From: a virus
DNA length: 64,000 nt
Direction: 5' to 3' (one strand)
Virus record (IMG/VR): IMGVR_UViG_3300030099_006944
Location: 64,001-128,000 of that record
This document shows positions 57,118 to 64,000 of the stretch, in pieces (the first letter of the stretch is position 1; every line of letters begins with the position of its first letter). The notes under the pieces were generated by a model, which searched no databases, was not told the origin of the DNA, and saw nothing but the letters and a program-made list of their open reading frames with translations. A program made the position numbers and the translations under genes.

Positions 57118-57753
57118 ATGTCATTTTGGACCGCAACACACGGAATAGGAAACAAGGAGCCTAAAAGAGCCTTTAGATTCAAGATCATCTTCAATGGTCT
57201 TGCTGATGACTCTGGTTACGTCTGGTTTGCTAAATCCGTAAATAAACCAAAGTACGAAATTTCTGAGGCAGAACACACTTTTTTGACTCATAAGTTTTAT
57301 TATCCGGGACGTGTAACATGGCAACCGATTGACTTAGTTTTAGTTGATCCTGTCTCGCCCGGCGCAACCGCTCAATTGAACGCTATGCTTGATGCCCAAG
57401 GATATGCTATACCTTCTAGCCCAAATGGTTCATATGAAACCATGTCAAAAGGTAAAGGTGCAGCAGCCCTAGGTAACATTCAGATCGAACAATTGGATTC
57501 TACTGGTGCTACTGTTGAAAGATGGACTTTGAATAACCCATTCATTCAGGGAGTTCAATATGGCGACTTGAATTATGAATCAGAAGATCTCATTGAAATT
57601 ACTTTGACTCTTCGTTATGATTGGGCTCAGTGCGAAATCCTTCCGGGTGACACTAGTACTAACGTTGATCAAAACGTTGGCGCTGATACTGGAAAGATCG
57701 GTGCTGCTTCTCCTCCACAATCAACTGATTTCTTCAATCCAGAGGGATCGTAA
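57118..57753 (+). CDS. gp19: Tail tube protein (T4 gp19-like), copy 1
   Basis: KYYPG-like YYPGRVTWQPI, WTLNNPFI..V.YGDLNYES...EITLTLRYDWA. Confidence 0.85.
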   Translation: MSFWTATHGIGNKEPKRAFRFKIIFNGLADDSGYVWFAKSVNKPKYEISEAEHTFLTHKFYYPGRVTWQPIDLVLVDPVSPGATAQLNAMLDAQGYAIPSSPNGSYETMSKGKGAAALGNIQIEQLDSTGATVERWTLNNPFIQGVQYGDLNYESEDLIEITLTLRYDWAQCEILPGDTSTNVDQNVGADTGKIGAASPPQSTDFFNPEGS

Positions 57754-57764
57754 GAGAGGTATAA

Positions 57765-58385
57765 ATGACGTTTTGGACATCCGCGGGAACTACTCCCAAG
57801 TTAAAAGATAGGTTTGTCGTGAAGATTGGTGGAGTATTAAATCTCTTCGTTAAATCTGTCGACAAACCTACTTTAACTTTTGATAACAAAGAATATAAAA
57901 TGATAAATCATCATTTTAAATATCCGGGTTTGCCAAAATGGAATACAATAAAAATGACCTTTGTCGACACAACTACGGTTGCTGGTAACAATCAGGATCA
58001 AGAAGGAGCACAGGTTAAAGAGTTTTTAGAAATACTTAACCAAGCCGGTTACTCTCTCCCTTCTGGTCAAGCCGTTGATGCTCGACTTGGTATGGCTGGT
58101 GCTGGTAGTGTTTCGAAGAATGAATCAACCGCTGCCTTAGGAGACGTTCAAATACAACAGATTGGACCTTTCACTCCCGGCGGTGGAGATGACAAAATAA
58201 AAGTTGTTGAAGAATGGAAATTAATCAACCCTATTATTAAATCCTTGTCCTTTGGTGCTCTCGCGTATGGCGAAGACGGCGTTGTTGAGTACACACTGGA
58301 ATTAGACTACGATTATGCAGAGTATTCTGCTGGTCACAGTATTCAAGGGAGTGCTCCGGTGATTGCCCCAAGCAGTCCCGAATAA
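57765..58385 (+). CDS. gp19: Tail tube protein (T4 gp19-like), paralog 2
   Basis: FKYPGLPKWNTIKMTF, EEWKLINPIIKSLSFGALAY...YTLELDYDYA. Confidence 0.8.
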   Translation: MTFWTSAGTTPKLKDRFVVKIGGVLNLFVKSVDKPTLTFDNKEYKMINHHFKYPGLPKWNTIKMTFVDTTTVAGNNQDQEGAQVKEFLEILNQAGYSLPSGQAVDARLGMAGAGSVSKNESTAALGDVQIQQIGPFTPGGGDDKIKVVEEWKLINPIIKSLSFGALAYGEDGVVEYTLELDYDYAEYSAGHSIQGSAPVIAPSSPE

Positions 58386-58411
58386 CTTTCACACATTATT
58401 TAGAGGTATAA

Positions 58412-59245
58412 ATGAAAAGAAATAATCAAGATCGTATAATGGGCGGTCACAAACCACAGCCAACGGAGGATACTCCAAAGATGGCAAATCCATTAGATTT
58501 CGTGACTCCAACAGAATTCGTTGAGTTACCATCAAAGGGGAGATACCCCACCGGACACCCGCTTTGTGGTCAAGATACTATCGAGATCAAATATATGACT
58601 GCGAAAGACGAAGATATTCTTACGAACAGGTCTTTGTTAAAGAAAGGTTTGGCTATAAATCGTTTGATAACAAATTTAATTAAGAACGATTCAATCAGCG
58701 CAGAATCTTTGTATATCGGAGATAGAAATGCAATCTTGATTTATGCAAGAGCTTCTGCTTATGGAAACATATACAAAACAAAAGTTACTTGCCCAAGTTG
58801 TTCAACAGTCAGTAAGGCTAGTTTTGACTTAAATGATCATACAACTTATCATGGTGATGAGTTTGAGGAATTTGGAATTGAAATGACAGAAAATATGACA
58901 TTCAAAACCACTTTACCCTTGTCGACAATCGAGGCAGAAATTCGTCCACTGGTGGGTAGCGATGAGGTAGCCATGGTTAAGAAAAACAAGAACCTTAGCA
59001 ACATGACGAATCTCGTAACAGATCAGATGAGATACTTTGTTGTGTCTTTTAATGGTTATACAGACAAAAAAACAATTAACATGGTCATTGATAACATGAC
59101 GGCAATGGATTCTAAGCATCTTCGTAATGTTTTTAAAGCAGTTTCGCCGGACTTACAGATAAGAGACTTATTCGAATGCCCAGAGTGTGGCCACGAGGAG
59201 GATATGACCGTGCCATTTGGCACCGACTTTTTTTGGCCTGAGTGA
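58412..59245 (+). CDS. Baseplate hub / tail assembly chaperone (gp26-like)
   Basis: FVELPSKG...IKYMTAKDEDIL, CPSC and CPEC zinc motifs. Lies between tube and tape measure genes. Confidence 0.7.
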   Translation: MKRNNQDRIMGGHKPQPTEDTPKMANPLDFVTPTEFVELPSKGRYPTGHPLCGQDTIEIKYMTAKDEDILTNRSLLKKGLAINRLITNLIKNDSISAESLYIGDRNAILIYARASAYGNIYKTKVTCPSCSTVSKASFDLNDHTTYHGDEFEEFGIEMTENMTFKTTLPLSTIEAEIRPLVGSDEVAMVKKNKNLSNMTNLVTDQMRYFVVSFNGYTDKKTINMVIDNMTAMDSKHLRNVFKAVSPDLQIRDLFECPECGHEEDMTVPFGTDFFWPE

Positions 59246-59252
59246 TGAATAT

Positions 59253-59417
59253 ATGGAGAGCATCTATGAGTCGTTCTTCATATTAAAGCATTATGGTGGC
59301 TGGTCTCTTTTCGAATTGTACAATCTTCCTGTCGGTCTACGGCAGTGGTGGCTCAAAAGAACCATCGAGGAATACGAGAAAGAAAAGAAAGCAATGGATA
59401 AAGCTAAACGCAAATAG
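59253..59417 (+). CDS. Small tail-assembly protein (gp51-like); possibly made as a frameshift fusion to the 58412 protein
   Basis: FILKHYGGWSLFELYNLP...EEYEKE. The frame is open from 59217, overlapping the upstream gene across a T7 run. Confidence 0.55.
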   Translation: MESIYESFFILKHYGGWSLFELYNLPVGLRQWWLKRTIEEYEKEKKAMDKAKRK

Positions 59418-59421
59418 AATG

Positions 59422-59444
59422 TGCCCATTAATTGGGCATTTTTT
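59422..59444 (+). terminator. Probable intrinsic terminator
   Basis: tgccca-ttaat-tgggca-tttttt. Confidence 0.65.
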
Positions 59445-59451
59445 ATTGTGA

Positions 59452-59459
59452 ACTAATTA
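59452..59459 (+). promoter_or_regulatory. Candidate late-promoter motif ACTAATTA
   Basis: Immediately after a terminator, before the tape measure gene. Confidence 0.65.
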
Positions 59460-59478
59460 AATGTAAAGAGGATTATAT

Positions 59479-62085
59479 ATGTTCGGACCAAAGATATTCA
59501 TGGATCCAACCGAAGGTGGTGGAGGTGGCCCCAACGAGGGAAACAAAAAACTTACCGGCGCCGAAAAAGATCTGGCGGAAGGGATAGCGAGACAAAAAGA
59601 GCTAAAAGACCTCGTTGAAAAAGCAAAAAAAACGCAACAAGAAATCTTGCAAGAAAAAAAAGCCGAACAAGTGATCATGTCGGATATGATCGCAGCTTCT
59701 CAAACCCAATTGGAAATTGACAAAATGCGAAGAGAAGATGCCACTAAAAAATTAATGGAAGAATTGGCAGGTCTGAGAGAGATCACTGACGAGAAAGAAC
59801 AACAAGAACACCTAGAAAAGAGGTTAAGTGAAATCGCTGGTAAACGTGTCGAATTAGGTGAGGATTTCATAGATATATTAAAGGACGATGAAAAGTTTAC
59901 TAAAAAAATAGCAGAATTAACAGAAGCTGCTGAAAAATCCGAGGAAAAAAGAAAGAAAACAATAGAAACCACAAGTCAACTTCACAACAAGATTGCTAAG
60001 AAATTGGGAATTAGCACCAAGTATAGCGATAATATGGTTGTGAGTCTACTAAAAGGGAATGTTAATTTAAGTGACATGTTAGGTACTGTTTTGAGTTTCA
60101 AGAATGTTTTGAATAATGTAGTTGGTACAGCAGCCAAAATGGCTCTCGAAATTGATGACACCGCAAAGGCTCTTGGTAAGGCCACCGGCATGGGAAATCA
60201 GTTTCAAGGTCAAATATTGGCCGTGCACAGCAACACAATAGCCATGGGCGCATCAATTCAAGATGCCAGTAATGCTACTAAAAGTTTAATCGAGAATTTC
60301 TCTGCTTTTAATCCAAATGCTGACGCCGCAAATGAACATATGGCAACGAACATTGTTTTGTTAGAAAAAATTGGTGTTAACGGTGCCGACGCGGCAAAAT
60401 CGATGGATTTTTTCACAAGATCAATGGGTATGTCTGCCAAAGCCGCAACAGACATGACCAGAAACATTGCCATGATGGGCAAGAACATGGGAGTGACTGC
60501 CTCTAAGATGATTTCTGATTTTCAATCTGTATCTGGTGACATTGCAATGTACGGAGCCAGAATGGAAGGTGTGTTCCAAAATTTAGCAGCCCAAGCAAAA
60601 GCAACCGGTATGTCCATGAGTTCTTTGGTTAACTTAGGTAAGCAATTTGATACATTTGACAAAGCAGCCGACACCACAGCAAAGTTAAATGCGGTCTTAG
60701 GCACTAGCTTATCGACGATTGATATGATGAATATGTCATATGACGAAAGAATAAAGTATCTCCAACAAGAACTTCGAAGTGTTGGGGCAAATATGGACTC
60801 TATGGATCCATATACAAAGATGTATATCGCACAATCTTTGGGAGTTAAAGATGTAGCAGAAGCGCAACGTCTACTAAACATGTCTCAAAAGGAAATGGAC
60901 CAAAACAGAAGATTACAAGAAGCAGCCAACACAAGACAAGAAAAATTAAAAGAATTGACAACAGAACTTGTTCCTGTTATGCAACAAATGAAAATTGCTT
61001 TCTCTCAAATTGCTGTTGCTGTATCTCCGGTGGTTGAATTATTCATTGGTTTACTTACAATGATCACTGACCTAAATACAGCGCTCGGTGGAGCACTTGT
61101 CCCAACCTTGATAGGCTTTGTGGCAGTCAAGAAAGCTTTGGCGGGAATTACAGCGCTGTATACTGGTTGGCAACAGTTATCTTTAATCGCAACAGGAGAA
61201 ACAACATTAGCAAAAATGGCAGAACAAGGAGTTACTGCATCCGCGATCACTACAAAATATGCCGATGCTGTTGCTTCACAAGCCCAAGCAGGATCCACGA
61301 CTCTTTTGGGGATAGCAACACGAAACGCTGGTCGAGCCATGGCGAAGTTTGCTCTCTTACTAATGGGGGTTGCTTTGGCTTTCCATTATTCTCAGAGTCC
61401 ACCTTTGTATTTAATTGCTGGTGTTATGGCCATTGGGGTGTTTCTCTTGGCAAGATCATTGAATACAATGGGGCCTGCTGCAATAAAAGGCGCGGCGGTA
61501 CTTATGTTGGTCGCTTTGGCAATGGGGATCATGTTTGGGTCAATGACCATGCTAATCCAATCGATCGTGCTTCTATTTGACACATTGGTCGGTAGTCTTT
61601 TTCAGATTCCGTTAGTGGTTGTTGGTATATACTCAATAGCCGGCGCAATTGCTGTTCTTGCTGCCACTTCGATCGCTGCTCTCGTTCCGATTTTGGCAAT
61701 TTTTTCTACTATGTCTGTAATGGGCGCGGCTCTCCTAGGAGTCACAGCGATGGCTGGTACCGCTGTTTTAGGTGGAATCGGTGAAAGTCTTATGGCCATG
61801 GGAACCGGAATGGAAAAGTTTTCAAATGGCTTGACTCAGGTGTCAAAATTAGCAACGCAAATGTCTGCTGCTGTGGGTGATGGATTCATGGCTATAACCA
61901 GCGATGGTGCTGGTGCCAGTGCTGTAATAGGTACCGGAGATATAATGAAAAACTTTGTTGATGGCAAGATAACTGTGGATGTCAATATACCAGAGATAAA
62001 GATGCCAGAAACCACGGTTAATGTTTATATCGATGGCAAGAAAATGGAAGGTATCATCAAGAAAGTTGTGTCGAGGGCTGGATAA
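59479..62085 (+). CDS. Tape measure protein
   Basis: 868 aa, helical and Ala/Met-rich with a hydrophobic C-terminal third. Follows the chaperone pair. Confidence 0.85.
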   Translation: MFGPKIFMDPTEGGGGGPNEGNKKLTGAEKDLAEGIARQKELKDLVEKAKKTQQEILQEKKAEQVIMSDMIAASQTQLEIDKMRREDATKKLMEELAGLREITDEKEQQEHLEKRLSEIAGKRVELGEDFIDILKDDEKFTKKIAELTEAAEKSEEKRKKTIETTSQLHNKIAKKLGISTKYSDNMVVSLLKGNVNLSDMLGTVLSFKNVLNNVVGTAAKMALEIDDTAKALGKATGMGNQFQGQILAVHSNTIAMGASIQDASNATKSLIENFSAFNPNADAANEHMATNIVLLEKIGVNGADAAKSMDFFTRSMGMSAKAATDMTRNIAMMGKNMGVTASKMISDFQSVSGDIAMYGARMEGVFQNLAAQAKATGMSMSSLVNLGKQFDTFDKAADTTAKLNAVLGTSLSTIDMMNMSYDERIKYLQQELRSVGANMDSMDPYTKMYIAQSLGVKDVAEAQRLLNMSQKEMDQNRRLQEAANTRQEKLKELTTELVPVMQQMKIAFSQIAVAVSPVVELFIGLLTMITDLNTALGGALVPTLIGFVAVKKALAGITALYTGWQQLSLIATGETTLAKMAEQGVTASAITTKYADAVASQAQAGSTTLLGIATRNAGRAMAKFALLLMGVALAFHYSQSPPLYLIAGVMAIGVFLLARSLNTMGPAAIKGAAVLMLVALAMGIMFGSMTMLIQSIVLLFDTLVGSLFQIPLVVVGIYSIAGAIAVLAATSIAALVPILAIFSTMSVMGAALLGVTAMAGTAVLGGIGESLMAMGTGMEKFSNGLTQVSKLATQMSAAVGDGFMAITSDGAGASAVIGTGDIMKNFVDGKITVDVNIPEIKMPETTVNVYIDGKKMEGIIKKVVSRAG

Positions 62086-63638
62086 TGACATTTTGGAACA
62101 CCTATAAGCCAACAGGCAACCAAGGTAGTGAAGCTATGTCTTATAATTATGCTAGCCGGATCTACATAGGCTCTGCTATATCAAAAAGATACATAGAGTT
62201 GCCGGCATTTATCCGAGACTTAAAATATGCATTAAACAAAAACATAGAGACAATTGACGAAAAGGACAAAACCGGAGCTAGGTACATAGAGAAGGCTAGT
62301 GCTGTATCTATGACCTTATCAATTGATGTTCCAGCCGCGAGTGCTCTTGAAGCGAAGTCAAACTTAGCTAGGGTTAGTGAAATAATGAGGATGATATCTC
62401 CCAGCGGAGGGTTTACCACGATTACTTCGGCAGAGGGTGTATCCGAAACTGTTTCACAGGCAGCGACGGCTCCAAAAATATATATACTTTGTTCAAATTT
62501 GATATCATTTGGAAGAAAAGATGTTGTTGACTTAATTAGTAATTTTTCCGAACTCAAAACAAATGGGCTACCCGGATATATAAAAGACTTCGATTACACT
62601 CCGGATATTGAAGCAGGATTTTTTATAGATGAAGATTTTCGAGCACCTAGAAACATAAAAGTCGACATAACCTTGTCAGTTGATGCCTTGCCGCGAGACA
62701 TAATCGACTCTGACGCATTAAAAGCCCTTCCGGCAGAGACTTCTGCTGTCGAGGACGAAGTGTATGTAATTAGAGGATTCTCGATCACCGGTGAATTTAT
62801 GCCCGGAGATGGTGGTGGGTGGCCTTTTGGTATATCTATCAAGGATTCTAGACAATCTGGTGCTGAATATAACTATAAGACTCTTAATAGTCATAAAACA
62901 GATTATGCAACCAATGCAAGTTCTTTTTTCATGATTGGAAACAATGAAAAGGAACAGCGAGGAAAATTCAACTCTAAATGGAGTAAAACTCAAATCGACC
63001 TGCAAACGAATGCCGTAGGATATGGCACACCAGTGTACTGTTTGTTCAAAATGTTCTTAGAGGACTTCAAATTCTCCAAAAAAACCTCACTAGAACCAAG
63101 AGAAGTGAACAATACTGACGTCGGGCAAGCATATTTTAATTACAGCGATAGTAATTCAGAGGTCGATATCAAATTTTCAATCATTGCAGACGATTTGGAA
63201 CAAGCGAAGAAAAATTGCGGGAAAATACAAATACTTTTTAGACTTTTATTAACCGAAAATGAACTTGATGGTGGAAATTGGTCTAACTATGCTGATATTT
63301 TTAGAGTTCTTTATTCTCCTAGTCTATTAGAGAGGCACGATTCAACCAAAGAGATAAATAATGATCCAAATACTTTATGGGAAAATGGAATAGGTTGCAA
63401 GGTCAATGGAATCTCTGTTGATAATCACAATGATTTAGGGTATTTTATAGAAAAAGATGGAGCAATTAAGAAATACTATCCCAAAGGATTTAAAATCTCC
63501 ATCACGGCTGCTATCACCGGTCGAGAAGCCTCTCCTCACTTGTACGCAGGTCGACCCGGAAACTATAAATCTGATGGTGCGACACTAATCAGAGATGATA
63601 TCACAGGGATTATAAATTTCCCGTTTAAATTTAAATAA
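62085..63638 (+). CDS. Putative tail-tube initiator / baseplate hub protein with duplicated tube-like domains
   Basis: Two related segments (LPAFIRDLKY...MTLSIDVPA.S..EAKSNL and FKMFLEDFKF...IKFSIIADDLEQAKKNC). Follows the tape measure gene. Confidence 0.45.
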   Translation: MTFWNTYKPTGNQGSEAMSYNYASRIYIGSAISKRYIELPAFIRDLKYALNKNIETIDEKDKTGARYIEKASAVSMTLSIDVPAASALEAKSNLARVSEIMRMISPSGGFTTITSAEGVSETVSQAATAPKIYILCSNLISFGRKDVVDLISNFSELKTNGLPGYIKDFDYTPDIEAGFFIDEDFRAPRNIKVDITLSVDALPRDIIDSDALKALPAETSAVEDEVYVIRGFSITGEFMPGDGGGWPFGISIKDSRQSGAEYNYKTLNSHKTDYATNASSFFMIGNNEKEQRGKFNSKWSKTQIDLQTNAVGYGTPVYCLFKMFLEDFKFSKKTSLEPREVNNTDVGQAYFNYSDSNSEVDIKFSIIADDLEQAKKNCGKIQILFRLLLTENELDGGNWSNYADIFRVLYSPSLLERHDSTKEINNDPNTLWENGIGCKVNGISVDNHNDLGYFIEKDGAIKKYYPKGFKISITAAITGREASPHLYAGRPGNYKSDGATLIRDDITGIINFPFKFK

Positions 63639-63651
63639 GGACAAAAAACAC

Positions 63652-63978
63652 ATGCCGATATTCAGAAACAACAGAACCGGAATCAATAAAAATCCACTAT
63701 ACGATGAACTATTGGAGAAAAGAGGGTTACCCAAGATAGAGCATTTCCGAACAATGCCTTTCTCTGGTTTGGATACAGACACTATAATGGTCAGTGAATA
63801 TATTTGGCGAGCAGGTGATTCGTTGCAAAAACTATCTAGAACCTTTTATAGAACCTATGAGTATTGGTGGGTGATCGGTTTTGTTAACAAGAAGCCCACC
63901 GATGCACATTATAAACTCGGAGACACAGTTTATATTCCCACCGATCCTTCTTATATTGCTGATAACATTGGGAGTTAA
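63652..63978 (+). CDS. LysM-like baseplate protein (T4 gp53 / P2 gpX-like)
   Basis: YIWRAGDSLQKLSRTFY....YWWVIGFVN.......KLGDTVYIP. Confidence 0.7.
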   Translation: MPIFRNNRTGINKNPLYDELLEKRGLPKIEHFRTMPFSGLDTDTIMVSEYIWRAGDSLQKLSRTFYRTYEYWWVIGFVNKKPTDAHYKLGDTVYIPTDPSYIADNIGS

Positions 63979-63980
63979 AA

Positions 63981-64000
63981 ATGTCAACTAACGAAGAAAT
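63981..64000 (+). CDS. Start of the next gene (3'-truncated)
   Basis: GGGAG RBS then ATG TCA ACT AAC GAA GAA. Confidence 0.4.

Noticed and set aside
477-63782. The other short minus-strand and alternate-frame ORFs in the track
   Set aside because: All overlap well-supported + strand genes, lack RBSs and show no recognisable motifs.

Overview
The window is a 64-kb segment of a large, T4-related (gp23/gp20/gp21/gp18-type) contractile-tailed dsDNA bacteriophage. Every credible gene is on the + strand, tightly packed and often translationally coupled, and reads in the standard code. Order: giant baseplate/virion proteins (1-19.8 kb); a mixed block of RuvC-like resolvase, nucleotidyltransferase, primase, Smr-domain protein, a fused SbcD-SbcC nuclease, a putative lysis cassette and small accessory genes (19.8-31.4 kb); TerL, portal, prohead protease and a phage ribosomal protein bS21 (31.4-38.9 kb); a fibre/decoration cluster (38.9-47 kb); then scaffold, major capsid, neck, sheath, two tubes, chaperones, tape measure and baseplate initiators (47-64 kb). 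The strongest unexplained signal is a shared N-terminal leader, MK(L/I)T-x-x-QLKQIIxEE(L/V)...E, on about 8 otherwise unrelated small proteins, plus one internal and one vestigial copy. It looks like a modular capsid-targeting, protease-cleaved tag for swappable injected cargo (inference). Also seen: a candidate phage late-promoter motif ACTAWTTA before structural operons, contrasting with consensus sigma70 promoters before the DNA-metabolism genes; a candidate T7 frameshift in the tail-chaperone pair; a 33-aa, 10-Cys peptide; and a GNAT-like protein with a T4-CTS-like N-terminus. No tRNA, rRNA, CRISPR array, integrase, intron or reverse transcriptase was recognised. All family assignments come from motif recognition by eye, not from database searches.
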